From: Centroscyllium fabricii
Lineage: Eukaryota
DNA: 64,000 bases
Assembly: GCA_051313645.2 (NCBI GenBank)
Contig: JBNRSN020000029.1
Location: forward strand, 20,150,001 to 20,214,000
Reading direction: 5' to 3'
Position numbers and translations under genes: made by a program. Below are positions 12,301 through 24,640 of this stretch, one piece after another; within the stretch, counting starts at the first letter, position 1, and each line of letters starts with the position of its first letter. The notes under the pieces are model-generated. The model had not been told where the DNA came from and did no database searches. It saw only the letters and a program-made list of their open reading frames with translations.

Positions 12301-15300
12301 CAAACGGACCAATCACAACAAACTGATCAATCACCCCCAAACTAACCAAACATCCTAAATTGACCAATCACCTAAAAATTACAAATCACCACAATCTGAA
12401 CCATCAGCATAAAGTGACCAATTAACTCCACAACATCCCATCAATCCAAACTGACCAATCACAAAAAAAATTCCAATCACCCCAAACTGACTCATCAACA
12501 GAAACTTCCCCATAAATAAAAACTGACCAAACACCCCAATCTGACCGTCTATATTAACTGGACCATCGCCCCAATATGACCCATCAAGACACTGACATAA
12601 AAACCCAAAATGACTCATCAACACAACATGAAAAATCACTGCAAATTAACCCATTACCCAAACCGAGCAATCACCCCAAACTGACCAATCACCAAAACTG
12701 ACCCATCAACACAATCTGACCAATCACACAAAATGACACATCACTCCAAAATGACTCAGCATCAGAAACTGAGCAATCACCTTAAACTGACTCATCAACA
12801 CAAAGTGAAAAAAGACAAATTGACACATACACGCAAATTGACCAATCAACACTAATTTCACCCATCAACACAAACTGACCAATCATCCCAAACTGACCCA
12901 TTAATATAAACTGAGCAATCACGCTAAACTGACCAATCACACAAATTAACGCATGAGTACAAACTGTCCAATAACTGCAAACTGACCCATCAACTCAAAC
13001 CGACCAATCACCCCACATTGACCCAACAAACACACACTGACCAATCACCTGCAAAGTGCCCCATCCCCCCAAGGAGACAAATCACCCAAATTGACCCATC
13101 AGCACACACTGACCGATCATCCCAGAACTGCCCAATCGACAGAAACTTCCAATCATCCCCAATCTGACCAAACACCCAGAAATTGAGCAATCACACAAAA
13201 CTGACCAATAACTGCAAAACTCACCAATCACCACAATTTCACCAATCACCCCAAAATAAAAAATAAAAAACTGGCCAATCGCCAAAAAATGACAAATCAC
13301 CACAATCAGAACCATCAACACAAAGTGACCAATCACCCACAAACTTACCAATCAGTCCAAACTGTCCCATCAACACTAACTGAATAATTGCCCCCAACTG
13401 ACACAACTAGAGAAACATACCCGTCACCCGAAACAGACCCATCTACACATACTGAGAAATCGCTCCAAAATGATCCATCAAAACGAAATCATCCATCAGC
13501 ACAAACATTCAATCAATCCCAAACTGACCTATCACCAACAAACACATCAATCACCCCGAAACTGAAGCAGAGCCCCATTCTGCCCCATGAATTAAAGCTG
13601 AACAATCAACCCAAAATGACCCAATCTCTCCAAATTGAGCCATGGACCCAAACTGACCCCCAACACAAACTGACCAATCATCCTCAAACCGACAGTAAAA
13701 ATAAACAGAGCAATCAGCCCAAACTGAGACAGCAACACAAACTGAACAATCAGCCACAAACTGGCCATTCAAACAATTTGACTCATCACTGCAAGCTGGC
13801 AAATCACCGCACACGGACCAGTCATCCCCAAAATCACCAATCAACAAAAACTGATTCATTAAAGTAAACTGACCAGTCACCCCAAACTGATACATCAACG
13901 CAAACTGACCAATAAACACAAACCGACCCAACAACATAAACTGACCAATCACCCACAAGCTGACCAATCACACCAAAATGAACATTCAGTCAAACTCACC
14001 AATCAACACAAACTGACCAGTCACCCCAAACAAACCCATCAGCGAAAACAACAATCGCCCCAAACTGATTCATCAACGCAAACTGAACAATCTCCCAAAC
14101 TGACCAATCACTCCTAAACTGACCAATCACCCAAACAGACCAATCATCGTAAACTGACTAATCATGCCCAACCCGACACATGAAAACAAACAGACCATGC
14201 AAAACCAGCTCACCAATTACCCAAGATGAGCAATCAACAGAAACTGACCATTCACCCCAAAACAGACCCATCAGCCCAAACTGACCAATCGGCGCAAAAT
14301 GATTCATCAACGCAAACTGACCAATCACCCCTAAACTGACACATCAACCAAACTGACCAATCACTCCATAACGGAACAATCACTCAAAAGGACCAATCAC
14401 CGTAAACTGATCAATCATTCCCAAAACGAACCATCAACACAAACTGAACAAGCAAAACCACCTGACCAATTACACAAACTGAGCAATCAACACAAACTGA
14501 CCAATCACGGAAAACTGACCAATAATCCTAAGCTGACCAATCACCTCCAAAATGAAGCATCAACCCAAACAGACCCATCAAGCCCAAAATCACCCATCAC
14601 CTCCCAAACACACCAGTCATCCCAAACTGATCCAGAACACCAAACTGACTCATCGAATAAAGCAGAACAATCACCTGCAAACTGACCAATCACCGCAAAC
14701 TGAGCCGTGAACACAAACTGACACTCAGCACTAACTGACCAATCACCCTCAAACCGGAACATAAGCATAAAAAGAGCAACCAGCCCAATCTGACCCATCA
14801 AGACAAACTGACCAATCTATCCAATCTGATCCATCAATACAAAACTAACCAATCATGCCAAATTGACCAATCATCCCAAACTCAACACTCACCCAAACGA
14901 ACAGATCAAAACAAACTGACCAACAACCCCAAAGTCACCATTCACCACAAACTAACGCATTCATTCTAAACTGACCAATCTGCAAAAAAAATCCCAATTA
15001 CTGCAAACTGCCCCATTAAAACAAATTGGAAAACCACGCCACACTGTCCAATCGTCACCAAACTTACCAATCATACAAAACTGTCCAATCAACCAAACTG
15101 ATTCATCAGCGCAAACTGACCAATCACCTATAAACTGACCCATCACCCAAACTGACCAATCACTCCTTAACTGACCAATCACCCAAACTAAGCAATCACC
15201 GCAGAATTACAAATCACCACAATCTGAACCATCAGCGCTAAGAGACCAATCACCTCCACAATTTCCCATCACCGCAAACTGACCAATCAAGAAAAAAGAA

Positions 15301-16493
15301 CCAATCACCACAAATTGGCCCATCAACACAAATTTCCCCATAAATAGAAACTGGCCAATCACCCCAAACAGAACCATTAACTTAAATTGAGCAATCACCC
15401 TAAACTGACCAATCACATAAATTAATGCATACATACAAACTGACTAATCACTGCAAACTGACACATCAACACAAACCGACCAATCACCCCAAATTCACCC
15501 ATCAACACACACTGACCAATCGCATGCAAACTTCCCCATCACCCCAAGCTGACCAATCACCCAAACTGACCCATCAATACACACTGACCTATCATCCCAC
15601 AACTGACCAACCGACGCAAACTGATCAATCACCCCCAATCTGGCCAATCACCCAAAAATTGAGCAATCGCACCAAACTGACCAATCAATGCAAAGCTGCC
15701 AAATCACCTCAAATTTACCAATCACCCCCAAAATAATCAAAACCCGCAAACTGGCCAATCATCAAAAAATGACAAATCACCACAATCTGAACCATCAACA
15801 CAAATTCAGTAATCACCCACACATTTACCAATCACTCCAAACAGGCCCATCAGCACTAACTGACCAATTGCCCCCAATCTGACACGTCACCCCAAACTGA
15901 TCCGTCACCCGAAATTGACCCATGCACACAAAATTACATATTGCTCCAAAATGATCCATCAAAACAAACTGAACAAACAACCTAAACTGACTCATCAACA
16001 CATACTAACCCATCAACACAAACTGACCATTCAAACCCAAACTGACCCAGAATCACAAACTGAAAAATCATCCCCGAACTGACCATCCGACAAAAACTGA
16101 CAAATCACACAAAGCTGACCAATCACCAAAAAAATAACAAATCACTGCAGTCTGAACCATCTTCACAAAGTGACCAATCACCCCCCAAATTTCCCACCAC
16201 ATAAACTGAGCAATTCCCAAAAATTACCAATCACCCCAAACTGACCTATCACAAAAAACTTCCCAATAAATATAAACTGAACAATCACCCCAATCATACC
16301 CATCAACACTAACTGACCAATCGACCCCAATATGACACATCAAAACAAACTCACACCTCACCCGAAACTGACACATCAACACAAACTGAACAATCACTGC
16401 AAACTGACCAATCAACCCACAGAGACCACACACCCTAAACTTACCAATCACACACATTAACGTATGAGTACAAACTGACCAATAACCGCAAAC
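6320..16493. repeat. About 10-kb degenerate satellite, monomer about 17-19 bp AAACTGACC(A/C)ATCA(CCCC/ACAC), with higher-order blocks
   Basis: Hundreds of aaactgaccaatca variants with extreme A/C strand skew. Larger duplicated blocks, e.g. about 7750-8450 vs 9500-10200 and about 12380-12530 vs 15205-15360. Confidence 0.95.
9011..9397 (-). mobile_element. HE1-type V-SINE inserted in the satellite
   Basis: tRNA-like head (acggtggcacagtggttagc...ggttcaaatcc), V-domain (tgtggagtttgcacattctccccgtgtctgcgtgggtttcctccgg) and CR1-derived 3' end with TTTCTATG tail. Confidence 0.9.
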
Positions 16494-16778
16494 TTGGATG
16501 CTTGGAGATTGTCTTAAGACAATCAATAAACTATGCATCACGTGCGAATATGCCTTGTTTAATATATAAGAATCAATGACCGGAGCAGCTACCTTGAGAA
16601 GCTAGTGACTGCACGCAGGTGCATAACTCTTCTCCCAGAGCGCTCTGAAATAAATTATACTCTTGCATTTAAATCAGACAATTGGAGTTTGAGTTTTATC
16701 ACTCTGTTTGATTAAGTCGGGTACTCGTCGACCCTCCTTCATGGTTGGTCCGCTAAGGTACCGATTAATCCCCCAACA
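16494..16778 (+). mobile_element. 5' LTR remnant of a retrovirus-like element
   Basis: TATATAAG at about 16563, AATAAA at about 16649, ends ..CAACA immediately before a PBS. Confidence 0.75.
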
Positions 16779-16780
16779 TC

Positions 16781-16798
16781 GGGCGTAGTCGGCAGGAT
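16781..16798 (+). promoter_or_regulatory. Primer-binding site complementary to the tRNA-Ser 3' end
   Basis: GGGCGTAGTCGGCAGGAT matches TGGCGTAGTCGGCAGGAT at 17 of 18 positions and lies 2 nt after the LTR end. Confidence 0.85.
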
Positions 16799-17183
16799 CA
16801 ACGGCTTCCAACGACAACATGATCAAGTGTCAGCGGACCCGATTGATCAAAGGAATCTGAGAAAATTTGCAAAAGTATACCATACCGGGTTGGTCTTGGG
16901 AGTCTCGGGAACGATTAAGTGTACAGAAAGCATTTTAAGCGTTTTGCATTTATCTTAAGAATGTTTAAAGAAGCCGGTTAACTACAGTTAAACCATTGCA
17001 AGGCTTGAGAAGTCCGGAAAACCCCAGACGGTGATATAGGTTGGTAAACAAATTCACGAACGCACAGTGATGAACGAGTACAAAGGGACAGTGAGTGTTT
17101 ACTGGAGAGTGATCGGAGAGCGAACAAAGGATGTCAAGTAAGGATGTAAACATCGGCCCTCGCGCTCCCTTATTAGCGCTTAT

Positions 17184-18672
17184 ATGACAGATAGAAATTC
17201 GCTGATTGAGAAAATGCAGAATGACGGATGGGATGTCAGTCAGTCATTAGAAGTACAACGATCTTGGGTAAATACACAGAAAAACGATAAGACTAAGAAA
17301 GCGGGGTTTCTATTCGTCCACCAGCTGGCACGATTACTTGAGCACGCAGAGAAAATCCGAGAAACACAGACAGCCAAGCACAAAGAGATAGCAGACCTAA
17401 CAAAAAAGTTAGAAATTTTAGAACGAATAAATCGAGAACAATCTAAGGTTTGTAGTGGAGAATGGCATATGTGTGCACTAGGGCCACCCCCGTATGGACC
17501 ACCAGCACCCGTATTATCGGTAGATGAAATTGACGACGAGGCTCTGGCCCCCATTACAATAAGTCGAACAGCCGGGGGCGGCGGAACCCAAAGGGAATAT
17601 TTAAGCCTTTCACCCCCGGTGAAAGACAACAGATTTTGAAAGACTTTGGACGACTTTTACCTAGAAGTGCCAACACTAAGTTTTGGGAAAACCTAGACAT
17701 GGTCTGGCTTGGAGATAATCTCCACTTTAAAGATATCCACCAGTTAGTTAGGGCTGAATGTCCGGTGGACCGGTGGCGGAATGTAATGGCAAAACAGGCT
17801 GTCGCTAACACAGACTACTACACAGGCCGTAGGCTGACCAATCGCCACTTATGGCAGACATGCAGGTGCAACAGGCACCCTTCCTGTACTTTAAGGCAGA
17901 AATACAGCGGGTCTTGGGAGACTCGCCAACAAACTGGAATAGGATAACTGGTACCAGGCAACAGAAAGGGGATGGGGCATCTGAGTTTGGGAAAAGTCTG
18001 TATAATGTTTAGCAGCAGTCCTCTGGGAACCCAGGGGCAGAAAGAACAGATCCCGTGTTCCTCCAGGCATATAAAGATGTATTCTCAGAGCACCACCTGA
18101 AGATAATCAATATGGGGGTGGTGACCAAGTGGAACTATGTTGAGCTAGTAGAATGGGCATGTGGGGTGGATAGTAGGAGGAATAAGGAAAACAGTGAAAC
18201 CACGACCAAAGTTAAACAAGAACGGGTGAGCGCAGTAAAACAAACTGCATCCCCGAAGGGAGTTTTTCATGGATGTGGGAAGTCGGGACATTTTATTAAA
18301 GACTGTAGGGCTAAGAAAACATGTACCTACTGTATCAAGAAAGGACACACCGAATCAGTGTGTTACAGTAAGCATGGGAGACCAGACGACCGCGTGACCA
18401 TGACCCCGGAGGATTTGCAGCTGTTCCATCAATGGAAGGCTACCCTGTTATAACCCACGGCTCCCATTCAGGCAAACAATGGGACGATGTTTGTGTCTGC
18501 ATTAGTAGGGGGCCGACAGTGTGAGATGCTAGTGGACACCGGAGCATCTGTATCAATCACCAATCTTCCTCTTCCTAAAGCTAGCAAAAATATATTTATT
18601 ACCGCAATAGGGGGAGGCAAAATGCCCGCCTACTCAGTACAGTACAAGTAGTACAGATTGATAAATGGTATA
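17184..18672 (+). pseudogene. Degenerate retrovirus-like gag and protease, truncated by a Gypsy element
   Basis: PPPY late-domain motif. Two zinc knuckles: a degenerate one (HGCGKSGHFIKDC) and CTYCIKKGHTESVC. After TAA at 18451-18453 the same frame reads PTAPIQANNGTMFVSALVGGRQCEMLVDTGAS (aspartic protease). Confidence 0.85.
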
Positions 18673-21600
18673 TGTGGTAAACAACTGTATATATGTCTGT
18701 AACCATCTGCATAGTGTGTGACCTCTGCTGTACTGTACATAGCCCTTTCATGTGTAGCTTGTCCGGGCATGCCCGTGCTGACCCCGCCTGTGGCTCCTCC
18801 TCCTCCGACCCAGTTATAAAGGTGCCTGTCTCCCTCTCCCATTCATTCTGGGATCAGTCGACTAGCATGGGCATGCTCATGTCCTAGTTAATAAAAGCCT
18901 ATAGTTCACTCCTCAGCTTCTAGTCTTTTGAAGTTATTGATAAGGCATCAATTTTATTAACTAAGTTTTCATCATGGAGCAAATTCTGAAACCCGCAACG
19001 TCAGAACTAGATCCCCATGCGCCAGGTGCCTGTAACGCTTTTACGCACTTGTTCTCTTGCTTTAAGGCGCACCTTGAAGACCCTCCGTGATCGTCCAGAT
19101 GGACAGAGACAAACTGCACCTCCTCAATGCACGGGTGGACCCTCAGGTGTACTCGATCATCGCGGAGGCTACGTCCTACAACGAGGCGGCCAGAACTCTG
19201 AAGAGCGAGTATACCCGGGCACCTAACGTGGTCTACGCCAGACACCTCCAGGTCACCCGAAAGCAGCAACCCGGGGAATCGAGCGAGGAGTTCCTGCGAG
19301 TGCTGACAGTCCTCTGCCGGGCCTACGATTATAAAGCGCAGTCGGCCGCCATGCACGTCGAGACCCTCATCAGAGACGCCTACGTCGCCGGCCTCAGGTC
19401 ACACAGGCAGGGAACAGATGATACGTCTGCTGCCAAGGAAAGCACCCGCAGGCTCAGAGCCCTGCGAAGAATGTGACTTGCGCGTGGTGCGCGAAGAAGG
19501 GGCTCTACGCAAAGGTGTGCAAATTCAGACCAGCCTCCACCTCCATAACCAACAGCGCGGCATGCGAGAACAGCGATGCCACTCCGTGGCTCCAGGTACG
19601 GTGTTGCAGCGTGACCCAGCAGCGGTCAGCCAGGGGTAAATCGCAGGCGCCTCAATCCCCTTTAACTGTATGGCGGAGCCCGGCCGCGCGCACGGCACAG
19701 GGGCCGCCACCTCAAACATGACCTAGACCGGCCATGTGCGACCTCCCGGCGCCGCCATCTTGTCCGCAGCGGTCTGCTGCCTGTGAACCACGGGCGCCGC
19801 CAACTGGTCCACAGCAGCCGGACATGTGCGAATCGCTGGCACCGCCATCTTCTGAGTGGCTATCATGCCAAACGCCCCGGCTGGCGCCCCAGATAGCGCA
19901 GGGCCCCCACTCACACACATACACTTCAGCCTCAGTCACCATCAATCAGGCTAGACCTTGTCCAACTCCATGATGGGGATTAAGGTGGACGGGCACGTCA
20001 CTAACTGCCTGTTCGACACCGGAAGCACAGAGAGCTTTATACATCCCAACACAGTGCGGCACTATGCACTGCAGAGCCAGCCCATGCACTACCAAATCTC
20101 CCCTGCCTCAAAGTCCCACACGGCGGACGTCACTGGCTACTGGTGCGTCACGCACATGATCAGGGACCGCATTTACCGCAAAATTAAGTTGTACGTACTA
20201 AATCAGCTGTACGCCCCAGTCTTACAGGGACTGGATTTCCAGTGTCACCTGAAGAGCGTGACGATCGACTTCGGTGGAACCCTGGCCCCCTCACTGTCAG
20301 TAGCCCAGGCAATCCAAAATTAATGCGGAGCTCGACTTGTAGCCTGTCCACATTAAAAGTCGACCCTTCTGTCACTGTACGCCAATCTCTTCCCTAAATG
20401 CAAGCCCATTGCTACCAAAAGTCGGTGTTAAAGTTCAGGGGACCGGGCGTTCATCAGCTCGGATTTCGAGCGCATGCTGAAAGAAGGGATCATTGAGGAC
20501 AGCACCAGCTGCTGGCGGGCCCAGGTCCTAGTGGTTAAGATGGGCCAGAAACTGTGCATGGTCATCAACTATAGCCAGATGATTACCCGCTACACCTGGC
20601 TCGATGCCGACGCCTTCCCCCACATCTCGGATATGGTAAAACAGATCGCCCAGGACAAGGTTTTTTCCACAATCGAACTCTAGTCGGCGTATCACCAACT
20701 CCCCATCAAGCAATCCGACAGCCAGTACACCGCATTTGAGGCGAACGGCCGGCTCTATCATTTTGTCCGTGTCCCCTTCAGTGTGACGCACGGGGTGTCG
20801 GTGTTCCAGAGGGAGACGGACTGCTTGGTTGACCAGAACGGGTTACAGGCCACCTTTCCCTGCTTGGAGAACGTGACTATCTGCGGCCATAACCAGCAGG
20901 ACCATGATGCCAACCTCGCCAAATTCCTACACATGGCAATACGGCTGGACCTAACATAAAATAAAGACATGTGTGTCTTTCGTACAGATAGGGTCGCTAC
21001 CCTCAGATACATGGTGGAAAACGGGGTCCTTGGTCCCGACCCACAGCGTGTGCGCCCCTAGCAAGATCTGCCCTTACCTCACAACCCCAAATCCCTGAGG
21101 AGTATTCTGGTGTTCTTTTCTTATTACGCGCAATGTGTCCCCCAGTTTGTGGGTAATGCCAGACCACTAATCAAGGCCGATATCTTCCCCCTATCGGCCG
21201 AAGCCCAAACGGCATTCATCCGGATCAAGGAAGACCACAACAAGGCGACCATGCTCGCCGTTGATGAGTCAATTCCCTTCCAGTTGGACCGTGATGCTTC
21301 GGGCTTCGCCCTTTTAGAGACCCTAAACCAGGCAGGCAGGCCCGTGGCGTTCTTCTCCCGGACCACACAGGGACCCGAAACTCGCCACTCAATGGTGGAA
21401 AAGGAGGCCCATGCCATCGTTGAGTCACTGTGCTACTAGCATCATTACCTTGCCGGGAAGCAGTTTACTCTGCTCACCGAAAAAAGGTCGGTGGTGTTTA
21501 TGTTTAGCAATAAACAACGGGGTAAAATCAAGAATGATGTGATCCTTCGGTGGCGGACCAAACTCTCGACTTACGAGTATGACATTCTTTACCGGCCAGG

Positions 21601-23035
21601 CAAGCTCAACGAACCGCCGGACGTACTGTCCAGGGGTAGGTGCGCCAGTGCCCAGCTTGACAGGCCGAATGTCATCCACGATCGCCTCTGCCACACGGGT
21701 GTCACCAGATCGCCCACTCCGTCAAATCCCGTAGACTCCACTACTCCATCACGGAGATAAAGGCTATGACCAAAGTGCGCCCTGTCTGTGCCGAGTGCAA
21801 ACCCCAATTCTACAGGCCAGACAAGGCGCATGTCATCAAGTCCACCCGCCACTTTGAACGCCTGAGCGTGGACTTCAAAGGCACCCTCCCCTCCACTGAC
21901 AGCAACTCGTTTTTCCTCCGGTCATAGACGAGTTTTCACGCTGCCCCTTTGCTTTTCCCTGCCCAGATATGACGAGCGTAACGGTGATCAAACACTTCAC
22001 GACGCTGTCCGCCATTTTCGGTCTGCCTAGCAACATCCATAGCGACCGGTGGTCGTTGTTCATGAGCGACAAACTGCCTCAAGCAGAACAACCAGTTACA
22101 ATCCCCGGGGGAACGGCCAGGTAGAAAGGGAGAACGGGACCAGCTGGAAGGCCATCCAGTGTCCCGTTGGCAGCAGGTCCTGGCAGATGCGCTCCATGCT
22201 ATCCACTCTCTGTTGCGTACCACCACTAACTCCACACCTCATGACCTGTTGTTTTCCTTCCCCAGGAAGTCGACATCGGGGACGGCACTCCCGCTGTGGC
22301 ACACAGCACAGGTTCCAGTTTTGCTTAGGAAGCACGTCCGCTGCCACCAGACCGACCCCCTGGTGGAGCAGGTGCACCCGCTCCACGCCAACCCGCAAAA
22401 TGCTTACGTGGCATTCCCCGACGTGCGCGAGGATACACTCTTGATCAGGGACGAGGCGCCCGCCGGGAGCACTAGGGAAGAACCCTCTGTCGAGCCTCAG
22501 CTCGACCAGCCACCACCCACCAAATACTGGCCCCATATACACACACACTGGGGCCCTCAACACCACCGATCAATGACCCGGAATCGAACACCGCAACTTT
22601 AGCACCATTGGCGGAGTGCTCGATCCCGGCTCTGCAACCAGCACCACTATTGCCAGCACCCAGGCAGTCCCCTCGGCAGACGCGACCACCGGAGAGACTG
22701 ATACGGAAATGCTAATTGATTAGGGACATATAGAGATCTATTCTTTCAGCCCATGGTACGTTCACCCCGCCGGACTTTTTTTTAAAGAAGGGTTGAATAC
22801 GGCAATGGTGTAATATACCACTGTAAATAGTTGCTGGTTCACCTGTACTGTATTGCAGTCCAGGTCAGCCACACCCCTAACTCCTCTCCTCAGGTAGGAG
22901 CATGTAGATGAGTGATGCCCTGCCCTCACTCATTCTTTACCTTGACATCATCAGGAGACCAGCTCCATTCTTAGTTAATAAAACCCTGTAGATTACGTAA
23001 CTACTCGTCTTTGTGTATTAATTGATGATACGTCA
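18673..23035 (+). mobile_element. Decayed Ty3/Gypsy LTR retrotransposon (LTR 18673-18950, gag-PR-RT-RH-IN, PPT about 22784-22797, LTR 22798-23035)
   Basis: gag ATG at 18974 (MEQILKP). Protease LFDTGSTESF, RT (SAYHQLP, PFSV, degenerate YLDN), RNase H DASGFALLETLNQAGRPVAFFSR, integrase H..H..CPVCAEC and YNPRGNGQVER. Many stops and frameshifts. Confidence 0.92.
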
Positions 23036-23039
23036 ACTA

Positions 23040-23534
23040 TAAGCCCCAAAACGTAACGAAAACATCAAATACATTTTATAAAGCATCAATTTTAAAAAAA
23101 TAACTATGAATGGAATTGAATAACTACTTTAAACATAATTTACATTTATGAAAAAAATTATTACATTTTCTAATGGGGCTAATATTAAACTTAATTTTCT
23201 TTAAAGTATTTAAAGAATTAAAACTGTGGAGAAAGTGTTTTGGTTTTAGTTAATTCACCAATTTCCTTGTGAAAGGCAGGCCTTATGACTGCTTTTTACA
23301 TGTGCAAATTCTGGAGACTTACCCTCCCGTAAAAACCTGCAAAGAATGTCGTAAGTTCGATGCGAATTTGCTGCCTCTCCTCCATGTATTGCCCCTCTGA
23401 ATACTTTCTTTCAGCAGAACGGACATACCGGTTTCCCGCGCATCCGCTGTGCATGCACGAAACGGGCACTGTCGTTGGGTCTACGCGTGAGTACTCACTG
23501 CATACTCATGCGTTGGTACCCGAAATTCTGGGCC
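23040..23534. mobile_element. Partial non-autonomous DNA transposon with a GAAATTCTGGGCC end (Harbinger-like)
   Basis: Terminal motif and AT-rich core resemble the element at 59505-60257. Confidence 0.5.
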
Positions 23535-23556
23535 ATATTGATAGTACATTATATTG

Positions 23557-24030
23557 TCAGCTGTGGCTTAATAGACAGCGCACTCGCCTCTGAATCAGAA
23601 GGTTCTGGCTTCACATTCCCACTCCTGCGACTAGAGAACAAGAATCTAAGCTGACGCTCTTGTGAAGTGCTGAGGGGCGGCTTCAATGACGTAGGTGCCG
23701 TCGTTCAAATGAGATGTTAAACCGAGGCCCCATCTGTGCTGTCAGGCAGATGTAAAAGATCCCAAGGCATATTTCGAAGAGGAGCAGGACATTTATCCCC
23801 GGTGTCCTGGCCAATATTTATCTCTCAATCAACAAAACGAAATAACATGAGGATTTGTTCATTATCAAATTGTTTTTTGTGGGAGTTTGCTGTGTGCAAA
23901 TTGGCAGCCGTGTTTCCTACATTACAAAAATGGCTCCACTTCAAAAGTTCTTCATTGACCGTAAAGCGCTTTGTGAAGTCCAGTAGTCGTGAAATACGCC
24001 ATATAACTGCAAGGATTTCTTCCTTGTTTC
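23557..24030 (+). mobile_element. DeuSINE (SacSINE1-like)
   Basis: tRNA-like head, Deu-domain motifs (gagatgttaaaccgaggcccc, gatgtaaaagatccca, ccggtgtcctggccaatattta) and tail gtaaagcgctttg...atataactgcaag. Confidence 0.82.
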
Positions 24031-24640
24031 TCTCATTAGGTCCTAACGCTGTATCACTGAGAAATCTTGGGGATAACACTAGGTTACCACCCATCACGCT
24101 GGTTGAAAGTATTTGCTTAAAATACAGGATTGAATATGAAGTGCTGATTAAGATAATTACATCAATACACATCCAGAGTAAAATAAAGGAAGGTTTTTTT
24201 GCGGCAAATGCACAACATGTCTCTATATCTGGTTTGCAGTATCATTGATGTAATCTGTAAATACGCCATCGAATCTGTACGTTTCCTGCAATAAACTATG
24301 TGTGTTCACTGATTTATGTCTGAAGTTTTCGGCACAGTTAAATGCCAATCGATTGAATTAAACTCTAGAAGTTACCCAATTTCACAAGTAATTGGTTTCG
24401 TTTGAGGTAGCTCAGGCAATTAACCATGCGACGAGAATGCATAAGTACTTATGTGTCCTCACGATTTCCACCTTTACGTGTCACAGGCAGTGTATTTTTT
24501 GTGTGAATTGTAAATTAGCATACATTTTCACAAGACTGCTTTTCGAATTTCTATTGATTAACATAATCCTGATTTATTTCAACCCCAACCCCCCCCCCCC
24601 CACCCCCCACACCCCCATCCCCACATACCACCATCCGCAG

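Noticed and set aside
6320-16493. CRISPR-like or telomeric array
   Set aside because: Eukaryotic context, no constant repeat with unique spacers, and no TTAGGG units.
6752-16541. Dozens of 60-160 aa ORFs (KLTNHP/QTDQSP/VIGQF repeats)
   Set aside because: They are translations of the satellite on both strands with no consistent frame.
23736-24248. 170-aa ORF
   Set aside because: Mostly DeuSINE sequence with no protein features.
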